Below are positions 15,240-30,790 of a DNA stretch of 64,000 bases, piece by piece. Below the pieces are notes generated by a model. The model made no database searches. It worked only from the letters and a program-made list of their open reading frames with translations, and had not been told where the DNA came from. The stretch is from Octopus vulgaris (taxonomy: Eukaryota). The position numbers and the translations under genes are program-made. Location of the stretch: assembly GCA_951406725.2 (NCBI GenBank), contig OX597819.1, forward strand, positions 68,386,001-68,450,000, given 5' to 3'. How positions within the stretch are numbered: the stretch's first letter is position 1; every line of letters starts with the position of its first letter.

Positions 15240-16041
15240 TATGTATATATACACACATGTGTGCGTAAATATATATGTATGAAAATCAATCTATATAGAC
15301 AATATATATATAGATATATGTGTGTCTGTATGTATTTATGTATGTATGTATGTGTTTGTATATGCGTCTCCACGTGAGTCTGTCTGTGTTTATATGTGGA
15401 GCATTTGTTCAAGCATACGCACAAGCACACACAAACATTTCTATACATATACTTTTAAATAAACAGAATGCTACGCATTAACTATGGCAAAGATTATATG
15501 AAAGAGAAATTAAACAAGAAAAATAAAAAACAGTATTTGCCCACTAAATTTAATGGAATCTAACTCATGTTTGTATTTTGTTTTTTTATAAAGTTTGTTA
15601 ATATCATATTCACACACACAACTAACATTTCTCTTATTTACTGCAGGTAACAATAAAGACTACTGCAACACATTTGCTGTCTACGTGACTTTCTTATTGG
15701 GGAAATGAGATTAAGTTTTCCAGTTCGAGCTAGACGTACATATAGAAAAAGAGAAACACACCAAAGTACTAAATAAACGTTTTGTCATAATCAAGTGTTA
15801 AACGACGAAGAAACGTTAACAAAAGCAGATACAGGTAAAGATGTGTGGTTAGAAATCTCGCTTTGCAACCTCGGATTCAGTGCCACTCTGCTACGTGCTG
15901 GACAAGTGTCTTTCTACAAAAGCGGTGTGGTGGTCAATGCCTTTTGAGTGAATTTATTGAGCGGGCAAAACTGTCACAAAGCCATTTACTACATGCACAC
16001 ACATATTCATATATATATGTATGTATATATATATATATATA

Positions 16042-16350
16042 TATTGCTGTGTCTGGGGAGAGTTATTCTGTTTTAATGTCTTCGTAATAAACACCACTCA
16101 CTGGTTCAATTTCCATTCATTCGTTTGTATACTAACATTTTCGTCACTTCTTGCAAACTCTTCAACAGCTGTTGAATCTGTCCATTATTGGAACTGAAAG
16201 AACGGTGTTTCGATAACAGACTGAGTCAACAACTATTGAAGAGGTTGCCAGAAGCAATGAAAATTTTAGAAAAGCAAGAAAAAATGAGTGGAAAATGAAC
16301 CGGTGAGTGTCATAATTTATAAGGTATTAAAAATATACTTCAACACACGA
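16042..16350. mobile_element. Short fold-back element with two inverted HHR-like motifs (probable PLE pseudo-LTR pair)
   Basis: Imperfect inverted arms 16095-16175 and 16226-16309, each with TTGAAGA-stem II-GAAA...TTAG. Homologous to 36398-36540. Confidence 0.6.
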
Positions 16351-16394
16351 ATTCACACAAAGAATCTTGCAAACCAAATACAAAAATGAAATAA

Positions 16395-16442
<48 letters not shown>

Positions 16443-17101
16443 TATTCGTTCCAACTGTTACTTCTCAAGAACTGCTGCTTATTTAAGTTCAACTCTTTTC
16501 GTGCAAACAAAATCGAAAGAGATTCTGCATGACTCTTTCAAGCCCTATGAAGAGAGTGTGGGTGTGAGTATCGTATACACATGCGTTATTCGCGCGGGCA
16601 CACATTCGCATATCCATACAACAGATATATTTCAGCTATGTATATAGCTGAAATATGCGCGATATACACTGACATATTCGCGAACGAGTGTACTAACACA
16701 TCGCTGATACGCGCCGGCACCGACACGTACAACCAGCCTAGCAAACAAGCACATGTACACCACAAAGCTGGTGCCTTTATTTCTTGCTCACACGCCAGCT
16801 TAGACAAACCTTAATCCCACCGCTACTCATAGGCATCAGACACCCAAATCTACACAGTCATGCATCTGGTACACACACACACACACATACATGTCAGCCA
16901 CGCATCTGATGTCCCATAAGTCCCTACAAAAAAAAAACCAGACAGCAGGGTACAACTAGCTTCTAGCAAGCCATGCGCTTAAAGTTATTTTTTTCCTTTT
17001 ATATTTAGCGTCGCTGCAATATTTTGATTTCAATTATAATAAGTCCACGTGATCCGTCTTCACATATAGCGGCCCAATTTCCGGTATCTATCTTGGACAT
17101 C

Positions 17102-17410
17102 GTGGAGGCATATGGTGGTGAGAGCAGTGGACTCGAGGTCGAGGGGTCGCTGCTTCGAATCTCAGACACGGCGATGTATGTGTTTATGAACGAAACACCT
17201 AAGCTCCACGCGGATCCGGTAGAAGTTAATAGCGAACTTCAGCTGAATCTTTCCCCACAACTTTCTCTCACTCTTTCCGCCTGCATCTTGCAGCTCTCCT
17301 GCGTCGGACCGGCGTCCCGTCCTGGTGGGGAACCTATACGCCAAGGAAACCGGGAAACTGGCCCAATGAGACAGGCATGACTTGAAAAGGAACAAGAAAC
17401 AACAGCAACA
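17102..17410 (+). mobile_element. tRNA-derived SINE, family C
   Basis: Head GGAGGC.T...GAGAGCAG.GGACTC...TTCGAATCTC and block GACCGGCGTCCCGTCC.GG.GGGGAACCTATACGCCAAGGAAACCGGGAAAC. Second copy at 25220-25500. Confidence 0.85.
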
Positions 17411-17594
17411 ATCTTGGACATTCCTTATTTCTCTATTCAATAAACGGAGCGCGGTGAACTGTCTCACTAAGAATCCTGCGCAACTTTACGCTGCATTGGG
17501 TCGAACAAAACTGTTTTAAATAACAATGTATGTATCTCCTCATAAAAGTGTTCTGTGCCTCCTTAATTCGTCTGTCAATTGTATATACATATAT

Positions 17595-17658
<64 letters not shown>

Positions 17659-17674
17659 TTATATATGTGTGTAT

Positions 17675-17836
17675 ATTCGTTTTTTTGTTTGAGCCAGTTG
17701 ACTACGGCCATACAAGAGCACCGCCTTTACTGGACTAAATCGATCTTGGAACTTATTCTTTGTAAACCTAGTATTTATTCTATCGGCGTCTGTTGCCAAA
17801 TCGCTAAGTTACAGCGACGTAAAGACACCAACATCG
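17675..17836 (-). mobile_element. Family B SINE 3' fragment
   Basis: Reverse complement of the family B tail (GCACCGCCTT...CCTAGTA.TTATTCTATCGG). Confidence 0.7.
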
Positions 17837-19931
17837 GGAATAAAATGGTGTAAAACAATGTAATCTTCTCTTCAGGTAAATGAAGAAACTAAAAAATGAT
17901 TTTTTGTTACCCTGGTAAGTATTTCTCTATTTTTTCCGTGTTAATTGTCAAAAAGGGAAAAATACACACATCTATTTACACACACACACACACACACACA
18001 CAAACATTACACAAACATTACCTTTATTATTCGCAAATCGTCACTCTCGTAATCCAACATTTTGTAATTTTGGTTCAAATTGAAAGAGTGAACCTATTTT
18101 CACTTTGTTTTGAAACCTTGTCGTTGTATAGAAGTATATTTGAAAAATACCCATAACTGGTTGTTGAGATTCCGCAGAAAATACATAAATGAAAATGAAG
18201 ACATTTGTAATTGTTTTGCTTGTTCTGGTCTTAACATCAGGTAGCAAGAACAGAAGACATTTGACGTACCTTTTTGTTCGTGATTGGCTCTCTTGTTACA
18301 GGTTCAATTCCTGGAATATTTAAATGACACCAGAGGGTATAATAAAGGGGATGAGTCTGTGAAATACATTTAAGGTTGTTATAATTTACTATAGACGTAA
18401 CGAACGCAGAAACATACATACACACACATATACACACTCATAGAATTGATAATATTGAAAACAGCAAAACGTACACTCAAAGTTCAAGCGAAGCAAAATG
18501 TAATCAATACGAGTGCAAAACATACTTTCTGTAGCATGCTATAAGAAATGAAAAGTTACCAATTTAGCAAAAGTTAGTATGCGTCACCAATGTAACAAAG
18601 TACAGAAAGTCAACATTTATTTGGAGCATGCACGAAACGTTATAAAATCCATGAGTGAATGAATGTGACGGTAAGAAAGTGAAAGTCCAAAAATTCAGAA
18701 GGCTTAAATATATTTTTCATAGAAAAATAATTTATTTTACAATTTTGAAACGAACGCTGAGCAAAATGTCTATAAAGGAATATGCTGCTGTTTTGAACGT
18801 TAATTTAAAACATTTGTTGATGGATGTATGTAGCAAGATACAAATTAATTTCACATTGACGTGTACTTTTGAAGTGTGTAACGTTATATATAGACTGTAG
18901 AATAAATACTGACTAACGCAGTAAAGATGTTATGCGACGTTTATACACACAGTAATGAAAATACATAGCAGGATACGATCAGGGCTGTTAAAAAAGCATT
19001 ATCTTGAAACTGGTTAGTAGTGGAATAACATTTCCCTAATTCCATTGAAAGAGCCGCTCAGGCTTTCTACTTCGACAAGTTTCCGAATTTGTTATAATAA
19101 CCAGAATAATATTTTTTTTCAGATATATTTCCGAGTATTGTTAGTGGTGTTAAATCAGCAAGATCTTCATGTTGATAGTACTTGAAAGTGAACGATGTTT
19201 TTCGTTTAAATTCCATAAAGAAACTGTTTCAAAACCGGCTCGTTTCACTTTGATGGATGAGGGTAAAATCACATATATATATACTAAGACACACACACAT
19301 ATATTAACGCACACCTCAAGCTAATCTCTGTCCCTGTGTCTGTCTGTCTGTCTCTGTCTTTAGATGTGTGTGCGTGTGTGCGTGTGTGTGAGTGTTTCAG
19401 TCGTCACACAACTGTATGCATACTGACAGACACATACATCGTCACGCACATATATTTGTCAAACATAGGTCTAACTTACGTAACGAACGCGCGAACACAC
19501 CCATATAGAAAATACGACGTTATTGTCGCTGTTGTGGTATAAAATGTCGTTTACGATACGTGACAATAACAAAAGTGATAATGGTAACTTTTGTAATGCA
19601 GATATGTGAGTTAAAATATAGTTTAGTTGGTAGCCAAAATCTTACTGAATCTTTTGACGGCAAAATCGGCAACTCGTTTTTGGAATACATAATGAACATA
19701 CGCGCACACACACGCACACATATAAACGCTCTTTTATAGATATAGATATTGCTGGTATAAATTGCTTGAATAGATTGAAGTGAAGTACAAATTTTATAGC
19801 TTAAGGAAAGGATTTGGATAAAAATTATTCAGCGATTTCGTCACTTATAGGGATTCGTTATAAATGATTTCTTAAAGAACATCCATTCTCTTTATATACA
19901 TATATATGTATGTGTGTTTGTTTGTGTGTGC

Positions 19932-19965
<34 letters not shown>

Positions 19966-21087
19966 GTTTGTGTTTAGATGCTCTTATAAAATTTTAAAGT
20001 AGAGTATCCTTCCTAATTAATGCAAATAGAAACTATAAGAAGCGGAATCTAATATACGGAATAACCTGTCCTAACCTCGATGAGAATTATATTGGCGAAA
20101 ACAACGATTTCCTTCGCCATCGTGCGCGAATACATAAACAGCACATCATACAATTTCTTTTTAAAAAAGCACATAACGTAACATTCTGCTGTGCAAGCAA
20201 CTGGAATTATGCGGAAATAGCAGATTGAAGATCTTTCCTTTCTACAAACGTACAAGAGATGGTCCTACATACCAGATGGCAATGGAACTATATTTTATTA
20301 AAATCCTAATACCTAAAATACATGTGTAAAAATTATGCATATAAAAACATGACAAAAACCTTTATTAAAAGGATTAGTTTTCCAGATTAACCAAATCAGA
20401 TTACCACTACATATTATTATTAATAATACTCTCATTACTGTTGCTAAAGTAACCGGGAATATTCACTTGGAACAATATTTTATAAAAGAATTTCTACCAA
20501 AATTAAAAGTTTAAAAGATATATTCATATAAAATAACAAAAAAATCCGTTTTGAAATAAATTACTTTCACAGACGAAACCAGACGAGACTGCCACTGGGT
20601 ATTATTATCAATAATGTTCTCATTACTAATATAATTAGAAAAAAATATTTAAACAACCAACACGCGAAACTGACTACCTCACACGCATACGGGCCCACAC
20701 ACACACACACATTGATAAGCTTTCCCGACTCATTCTGCAGATTCCATTTTTTTTCAAACATCTGACGGAAAAAAGATTTTGTCAGTCACACAACTTAAAC
20801 TTATTGAGAGAGATAAAAAATCTAACCTGTCATCAATTTCAATCATCTCAAAAAACAACGCCTTTCCTTCATTCCTTAATTCCCTCTTCCTTCCTATCTT
20901 TCTGTCTCTGTCTTTCTTTCTTCCTATCTTTCTTTCATTTGTCTAGAAACTCACAGAAATCTATACACACAGACACACATTCATAGGTTGAAAATGACTA
21001 AGAACATCTAAAATAAACATTCCACAAAGATCTCTTTTCGAAACACAAGGAAGGGAATTCAGCTCCAGGTGTTTTCATCAGACACAC

Positions 21088-21125
<38 letters not shown>

Positions 21126-21266
21126 TAGGGAAGGACCATCATGAAGCAATTCAACAATGATATACTTAAATCATACCATATAAAAGTAAATTAAAGATAG
21201 GATAAAACATTTACCTAGACCTAAATAAAGTACTGAGTAATAAATAAATAGTATATAATTATTACA

Positions 21267-21352
21267 TAGTCTACAGGTGTTTCGTGGCTATATTTTTTAA
21301 ATGATAACAATAAAATCAATTCAATTTAAATATAGTCACTCATCAGCTCTAA
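21267..21352 (-). ncRNA. Hammerhead ribozyme motif with intact core in a TA-flanked segment (about 21123-21400)
   Basis: Minus strand reads CTGATGA-GTGACTATATTT...AAATATAGCCAC-GAAA-CACCTG-TA. Stem II has 11 of 12 bp paired and the cleavage triplet is GUA, but stem I pairs poorly. Confidence 0.65.
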
Positions 21353-21446
21353 GATAAAAACAATAAAATAATTAAATATTGTACGTATATTTACATAAAT
21401 ATATATATGTAAATATGCATATATACATATAGATATATATGCATAA

Positions 21447-21509
<63 letters not shown>

Positions 21510-21817
21510 CTGACGAAAATAAGCTTAAGACCGATGATGACATTTCTATTCCTTCATTAATCTATTTTTAACAACACTGTATATAATTATTTTACTTTTT
21601 ACAGTTTATAGATAATTATTTTCTGTTTCGAATGATAAAAGCGTTATATATCTTTCAACAATTCGAAAATTAATTCAAATCATTAGAAATTGTCGGCAAA
21701 ATAATTAAGAGACCGTACCAATATTATGCAAATTAATAAACCAAATGGGTGGTCATAAACCTGGTCGTACTGCATTGTTTTGTTTAATAAATCATCATTG
21801 TTACGCAGTAATTCGTA

Positions 21818-22150
21818 ATGGGAATGCATCGTAGTATTCAGTCCAGTTACTAGATCAAAGATCGTGTTGCTTCATCAGCAAATTGAGTCGTTCATGAACG
21901 TTAGCAAGCAATTAGGTTGCAGTAAAACAGCTTGTGTTCAAACATTGAAGCTTTACCAAGCCACTAGCCAATAATAAAATCTGCAAATGATGGCCGCTCC
22001 TGGAAAAAACAACAGTAGAGATGGATCGGCAGTTTCATAGGCTCTTATCATGTCGTATGCTAGTGGTGCGTCAGTACAGGCAGAATCGTTGTTACAGAAA
22101 TTCATATGACGGAAGAGGTATGTGACCACCCAACGGCATTAGTCTGCAAA
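21818..22150 (+). pseudogene. Tc1-like transposase N-terminal paired-HTH remnant
   Basis: Manual translation gives SPVTRSKIVLLHQQ.ESFMNVSKQLGCSKTACVQTLKLYQAT...GR..K.TT.EMDR, with stops and frameshifts. Confidence 0.6.
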
Positions 22151-22467
22151 AACCGAAAGTGATAAGATCTATTAAATTGATAACTAGACAATTGTCGGGA
22201 ATCAAATGATGAGGATATTTTTGATCCATGGAAAGACCTAATTTATAACCCTGGTGTTTTACGACACGGGGAAAGTGATACTAATAGGGACTAAAAAAGA
22301 CGACGAGATGGGAGACGGGCCCTTAAGAAGGGTAGTAAAGTCCTAACAACCGAGCAGAAAATATGTAGTTATGACTAAAATATTTAGGTATGACTAAAAT
22401 AATAGAAGAAGAAGAAAATGAAATGTTTGGGCGAAATGATATATAGTTATTTGCGCATAGACCTACA

Positions 22468-23362
22468 CAGGGTGCGTTAATAAATCGTAGTCTAAATTAC
22501 ACAAAAATGAAAATAACACTAACATCTCATTTTAACAGATATATTTACCAAAATTACATTAACGTTTCTTGAAATAAGAAAGACCAAGTTTATTCAATGA
22601 AATCGCCATTGGCTGGTTGAACCACGGCCTCCAGACGACTTCGGAATCTCCTGCAACTCTTATGGACGGTCTCCTTGTTTAAGATGGTGAATACTGCCAT
22701 ACTTCTTGCCTTCAGTTGATTTTTTGTGTTACAAGGAGTTTTGTTGGTGTCTCATTCAACTGCACCCCACATATATTAGTTTAGGCTGTTGCATTCTGGA
22801 GAGTTAGTTGGTCAGATGTTAGGGGTGATGAGGTGGCAGAAATCGTCTGTCAGCCATGATTCGGTTCTCCTGCTTGTGTGACATGGGCACAGGACACTGT
22901 TGCCAGACATATAGACTTCCAGAAGCCACCCTCTTGACCCAGAGAAGCACTACCTCCTCGAGGCACTAGATGTAGGCCTCTATGTTGAGTCTGAGGCCGC
23001 GTGGGAAGACGAATGGAGACATAATGTCGCCATCAACTAGTGAGCAATCCAAACTCCATGATGTTCGTTGGGTATCTGCTTTTTATCACTCTCAGTATAT
23101 GTTTTGGTGACACGGCAAACACTCATATTGAGACCCAAACACTGGGAAATGCTCGTATTTGAGTTTTCGGCGCGAACACCAAGCATTACATCATGTCTTT
23201 TCCAAATTTCTGGTAGAATGAATTGCGTCATGGCGCTGTTTTTCTCAGGGGCGGTGCCCTACTGAGAGTACTATAATGTGTAGTCGACAAAACCCAAAAC
23301 GAAGAAGATGCACATGCGCGGAATTAAAAAATATAAGATGATGACAATTTACATAACGCACC

Positions 23363-23365
<3 letters not shown>
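22468..23365 (-). mobile_element. Internally deleted Tc1/mariner-superfamily transposon (maT/DD37D-like)
   Basis: About 25-bp TIRs CAGGGTGCGTTA.. at both ends, with TA on the right flank. Minus-strand remnants are YVWQQ..P.HTSRR, P.NSPECN.L and RFRSRLEAVV...GDFIE. Confidence 0.8.
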
Positions 23366-23412
<47 letters not shown>

Positions 23413-23417
<5 letters not shown>

Positions 23418-23640
23418 ATCCAAACAAGAAGACACAAAAAAAGCACAAAAAACACAAAAAAGAACAGCAACGCGAGGACGTGGAACAAATAAAGTATTAT
23501 TGGAAGCTCAGGAAAGAAGGGAAGAAGGAGGGTTTAACGTTTCGAGCGGAGCTCTTCGTCGGAAACATAGGAGAAGGAAATATCCCAAGAAGGGAAGACA
23601 GAGGAAAAAAAAATCGCTGGCGGTACTCACCAGGTCACAT
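23413..23640 (-). mobile_element. Short non-coding HHR-bearing repeat (probable solo PLE pseudo-LTR), copy 1
   Basis: Colinear with 41277-41478. Minus-strand motif at 23532-23566 is GTTT-CCGACGA-A-GAGC-TCC-GCTC-GAAAC-GTT-AAAC. It abuts (TA)n. Confidence 0.7.
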
Positions 23641-24819
23641 ATTGAAACACATATATTTACACACATACATATATATCCACACATGCAGTATATATATATA
23701 TATATATATATATGCATACAACCATCAATACATAGATATATACATGCACATATACATGTACATCTATCTATCTATCGATCTATATATATGAGTATGTCAG
23801 CGAGTGTGAGTGTATGTGTGTGTGTCTATCCATCCATATATGCATATCATTCGCATACAAACACACACACATATTCGACACGCGATCTTGTCTGTTTGCA
23901 TGTATAAGCATATATTCCAGCATGAACACTGATGACCATATGCACAAGTAAATGTTATAGAGTACAGCTGCAGGGACATAGTCTGGCAGATTACAAATTA
24001 ACTTAAACACTGAACGGAAAGTGAAATAATTTATAAGATCGCTCTGTTTTAGTTGAGCACTATTGCTTTTATTTTTCTCTCTGCGGCTGCGTGACTTGAT
24101 TCACTCTGATTTCAATTGGTATTTGAAAAGAAGAATCATAAATTCAGGCAATCCTGAATTCATGATGTGGATTCTCTGCGATTGAATTAGCAGCCATTGC
24201 ACTTTGAAAACGCACTTTTTATTTCCTTCTTTTTTCAAGAGAAATAATGCAACATTGGATTTTGTAGTGCACAGCTTGAAAATGAAAGGAAGCGTATATT
24301 ATGACATGAATACCATTGGTGTTCTACTTGTTCAATTATTGCCGCTGTAGATGCTGAGAAACAACATCGTTTGTTATATATACAATTTTGGTATGAATAA
24401 CAAATATATGCAAGTGAATCATAAACCTCCACTGTGAGATATGTTCGAAGTAGGCGTCAAACATGTCTGCTCCAAGAATCGAAGTTTAAAATATATCAAT
24501 ATTAACAAAAGGTTTCTCGATGAAATTAGGTAAGTTTACAAAAAATATTATTTTAAAATACATTGATTCGTCCATAGTGATAATTAAAATATGTGCACGA
24601 ACAGATAAATATCAGCCCTAGAATTACTTTAAAATTCTTTGTAATAAATGCTTTTAATTCGAGTACGAGGCCAGTAGTTTTAAGCGGAAGGGATGAAATT
24701 GAACCATTGAATATAGTATTCGACTGTCATTTCATTAATTGGAAGGTGGATTGGCCGAAGTTTTAGAGTATCGGACGGGACGCACTGTAGGTATCTGTAC
24801 TGACCATATATCATTGTAC

Positions 24820-24861
<42 letters not shown>

Positions 24862-25219
24862 GCACATACACACGAAGACACACTCGCACACTCATGTACG
24901 CACACATATAAATATATGATGGATGTATATATGATGGATATATATAATCATATACATACGTGCGCTTATGCGACTCATGTACATAAATGTTATGGAACAT
25001 CACAAGCATTGCAAGTCTCTGCCTTCTAAAAGCTAACTCCTGCCCGAGCCTCCTTGTATAGTTATAAATGAACAGAGACCGGGAATGACGAAGACTCGCT
25101 GTGTATATCAACAGATTACGTTTATAGGCATTGGAAGCCAACTTAAGCAGATATGAGCTCATTATTACTGTAAAAGATTAAAAGGACATGGTCCACACCC
25201 TTCTATTCTTGTTCGTATT

Positions 25220-25500
25220 GTCGTTAGAGCAGCGGACTCGCGGACCAGGGATCAAGGGTTCGAATCTCAGACCGGGTGATGTGTGTGTTTATGAGCGAAA
25301 CACCTAAGCTCCACGCGGCTCCGGCAGAAAGTAATGGCGAACTCTGCCGACTCTTTCGCTACAAGTTTCTCTCACTCTTTCCTCTTGCATCTTGCAGCTC
25401 ACCTGCGACTGACCGGCATCCCGTCCAGGTGGGGAACCTATACGCCAAGGAAACCGGGAAACCGGCTCTATCACCCAGGCGCGGCTCGAGAAGGAACAAA
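25220..25500 (+). mobile_element. tRNA-derived SINE, family C
   Basis: Colinear with 17102-17410; B box GGTTCGAATCT. Confidence 0.85.
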
Positions 25501-26395
25501 CATAGTCATAAGTCCCTTGGCTGCTGGGGATAAGGTTGGGTAATTATCTCGCTGATGACGTCTACATAATCAGAAACAAGGGTTCTGCCTGTCTTCTTAT
25601 CTCCAGACAATAAATCTGTTCTCTTTCTTGTTAGCAGAATTTCTTGAATCATGAGATTATTTTCTCTTCTTATGCGAGCTCGTTTTCATTGCAGTTTTGG
25701 TAATTACCACACATCCACTAGACGCGGTGGTAATTTAAAGAAATCCAAAACATTATGATGTATAGTATTTGATACAGCTATATTTATTAATGCTGGCGGT
25801 TCTTGGCTGAGGCTAATCAATTTATGATGTACAACATGTTACAAAAAAGCCAAAGGATTTGATGTACGTTAAGCCATGATTCGTCTTCCTGGTAATCATA
25901 CTTTAAAAGGAAACAGCTGATATAATTTATGAAAATCTGAGCTCCTGGTGAGACGCACGGTGTTGTACATATTTCTTCAAGGGATAACAGATAGCCACCA
26001 TTACATTCAAACAATTCACTCAACAAGTCTTCCCTACTAAAATGGTCCATGTCTTGAAAAGGATTTAGCAAATCCTATCTTCTGGCGCTATTAAGTTAGA
26101 CATGGCCGGGGCTAATCTTTGGTCGAAACGTATCTAAGTTATCTTAGTACATAAGATCAGTTCAGCCGTACCAACCTGAACAGATGGTGCCTGTCCGTGT
26201 GAGGCAAATTACAGCGTTTAGAAGCAACGTCTTGCATTCCCCAGCGAAACTCTTTTACGATAATTATTTAATAGACAACAGAAAACACAGTGACATAAGC
26301 AATTAAGAACAGTCTGTCTTCTCATTAGTGATGGCCAGTTTCTATCTCACCCTACCCTCTTTCGTCTCGTCTACTTGTTATGTATACATACATAC

Positions 26396-26457
<62 letters not shown>

Positions 26458-26483
26458 TATGTATAAATATAAATATATATGTA

Positions 26484-26541
<58 letters not shown>

Positions 26542-27063
26542 TTTATATATTTACAAAGGGAAAGTACGTAAGTATAGCGATAGATAAATACATAGAAAAT
26601 TTCTTTAATATTTTAGATTGTCTGTTTCCTTTCAAATTTGTTTTCTTTATTTCTTCTGTCAGTTTTTATTGTCGAGGTTGCTGTTGCTTTTGTTGCTGTT
26701 GCTTTTGTTGTTGTTGCTTTTGTTGTTTTTGTTGTAGTTGTACTTTTTTTTTTTTTTAATTTCAGCTTGACAACATATCAGACAAGTGAGTAACATACGA
26801 AAACACTTTAACACTTTATAGATCTTTGAAGATAGTTATTCAAAATGGACAACTGATTTATTACAATAAAAACAAAAATAACAGATTTTACAGCAACAAC
26901 ATATTTACATTACTCACACACAAACATGTATACTCACAAACAAATGTATGTAAATATGTATAAGTAAGTGTGACTGCGATACAATCTACATCTGTCTGTT
27001 TTTCTGCATATATATATATAAATATATGTATATATACACATATATATATATATACATATATAC

Positions 27064-27140
<77 letters not shown>

Positions 27141-27272
27141 CAACTATATATACACACACACACACACATATATGTATCTTAATTCACACACTTATATGCA
27201 AATATAAATTTATATATATATATATATATATAAATAGATGGGCCTATATGAATATATGACATATGTAAATGG

Positions 27273-27319
<47 letters not shown>

Positions 27320-27522
27320 AGTGTGTGTGTGTGTGAATGTATGACTAGGGGCATATATTAGAAAACTAATTTACGATGATTTTGATTGAAGAGAAAAAGT
27401 TTACTTAAATTTTTCAAAGAAACTTTATTTGATGCTGATATTCGCCTACACCCACACACATACACCCGCATACAGTCCCATATATACACACGTGTGTATG
27501 CTTGTATATATATATACATACG

Positions 27523-27553
<31 letters not shown>

Positions 27554-27558
27554 GTGAG

Positions 27559-27589
<31 letters not shown>

Positions 27590-27941
27590 GTTATTCATAC
27601 TGCATATACGTAATTGCAAACATATGCTCATACCTACATTTATACGCATGCATATATCTACACTCGTAAACACGCGTGCACATACACAGAAGCGCACATA
27701 CCCTCATGGATAGTTACTTACACGATACGGAATCACTTTGCCTAAATGAAAATAAAAATAACGAGGAGAAAAGAGAGATATCAAACTAGTTTGGCGTTCC
27801 AGTCATTGTTTCTCATGTTCATCTGATTAGTAGTACATCTATCTTCAATTAAGTGAGCGAAGACAGAATTGTTAAAAGAATCGAAAGATCGAAAAAAAAT
27901 TACGCCCAGCATCACTATTATCGACAGTTATTATCGCTATA

Positions 27942-27943
<2 letters not shown>

Positions 27944-28008
<65 letters not shown>

Positions 28009-28011
28009 GTT

Positions 28012-28100
<89 letters not shown>

Positions 28101-28126
28101 CATTATTATTGTTATTATTATTATTA
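27944..28126. repeat. (ATT)n microsatellite
   Basis: Direct reading. Confidence 0.95.
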
Positions 28127-28399
28127 AGAATAATGATAATAACGATATCTTCATCCTTACTGTTGTTGTTCATTTTGATATTTGATAAAACAGAAGGAAT
28201 TAAAAGAAAATAGTATAGGCGTCGATATTTTTGAGGTAGCTGTTATTTTGGTTGTGTTTGACAGAGGTTGTGGATGGGGACAAGATTTGGTATATAAGGC
28301 CTGCCATACAGCAGAGGTTGTTTAATATTATATTTCTAGTAGATACATCAATATGAAAATACTTCTTTGTAGAAGAAGAATAAGTAGACAGAAGGATAA

Positions 28400-29070
<671 letters not shown>

Positions 29071-29377
29071 TATATGTATATACATATATATATACTCACA
29101 TACTGTGGTATACAAACATACGTATGAATAAAGTTCATATGAAAACTGTGATATACAATTCCAATAAAATATTTTAGTCTAAGGGACGAATGAGACTTTT
29201 AATCAATTTTAATTTAATGCCCAAACTAAATTATTGATCAGCAACTCACATTATGAACATCCTGTAAGATTCGATCTGCTAGGATGAGCAGGAGGTGAAG
29301 CTATTAAGCATGAACTTTCGCTCATTCAACTAGAATGTCCTCTTTTATCTGTTATAACTGCGAATTTCAGTTATGTA

Positions 29378-29443
<66 letters not shown>

Positions 29444-29511
29444 TAAATATATATATATGGATATATATATGTATATATATATGCATATATATATATGTAT
29501 ATATATGTATA

Positions 29512-29563
<52 letters not shown>

Positions 29564-29716
29564 TATATATATGTACTTATATACATTCATGCACACACAC
29601 ATCTAAAATGTTATCTAAAGATATATAAAAACAGTTTTTTTACATATATACATAAATATACACGTTTCTGTGTGTATGTATACACGGATATATATATATG
29701 TACATGCGTGTGTGCG

Positions 29717-29750
<34 letters not shown>

Positions 29751-30557
29751 TATACAAACTGAAACACATATTTGTATGTAGGTATCTATGTATATGTATA
29801 CACGTATACAATATATGTGTATGTGTGTATTTGTAGACATTATCTGCATATGTTTGACTACGTATATGCCTATGTAACGTTACTATGTACGCTTTACGCT
29901 TCTTTTGTTTTTTCTGTTTTTTTTCAAATGATCTGTTCGCTTATGTTAGATGTTAGCTTAAAAATGTTGGCGTATATTTGGAAATAATATATTTTCACAG
30001 AATGAGAAGCTTTGAAATATTATTTTGTTTCATAAATTTCTTTCTGTATTACATATATGAATGCTTATCGATCTCCCTTTGGTAGGCAAACACTCCTCAT
30101 AAATTACATACAACGAAGGGAGGAGGGGTAATAAACCTGTCTGTGAAAGCTCTGTTATTTAACCATATGTCTTACGTAATTCAATTGGTTGTATTTAGGT
30201 TTTAATCTGGAATCGAAACCGTGACAGGAAAGCAGACGCTGATGAATTCTTTCTTATTGTTAGTCATCGAAATGTCGCGTGTCATTGGTATTTTTTTCCA
30301 ATTGTAAAATCCGTAGTGACTTAACAACTTTTATTCAACCCCCCACCACACACACACGCGTGCATGTACGCACACTCGTGCACAAACACGCTGGAGCATG
30401 CACACACATGCTTGCCCAAGCACACACACACACACACACATATAATGAGGGATGTGTACGTCTCTGTGCGTATATGTTTAGCTGTGTGTGTATGTGTGAG
30501 TCTTGCTTTCATGTATATATATTTGTGTGTGTGTATGTGTGTGTGTGTGTGTTTGTA

Positions 30558-30790
30558 TGGAGGCGCGTGGCTTAGTGATTAGGGTGTCAACATCATGATC
30601 GTAAGATAATGGTTTCGATTCCTGGAGAAGGTGACGCGTTGTGTTCTTGAGCAAAACACTTCATTTCACGTTGCTCCAGTCCACTCAGCTGGCGATAGAC
30701 TGGCGTCCTGTCCAGCAGGGGATAACATACACCATTAGAACCGAGAAACTGGGCCCATGAGCCTGGCTAAGCTTTAAAAGGGCGCATTTA
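30558..30790 (+). mobile_element. tRNA-derived SINE, family D
   Basis: GGAGGCGCGTGGCTTAGTG A box and GTTTCGATTCC B box. Its 3' block GACTGGCGTCCTGTCCAG...GAAACTGG.CC.ATGAG is shared with family C. Confidence 0.8.
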
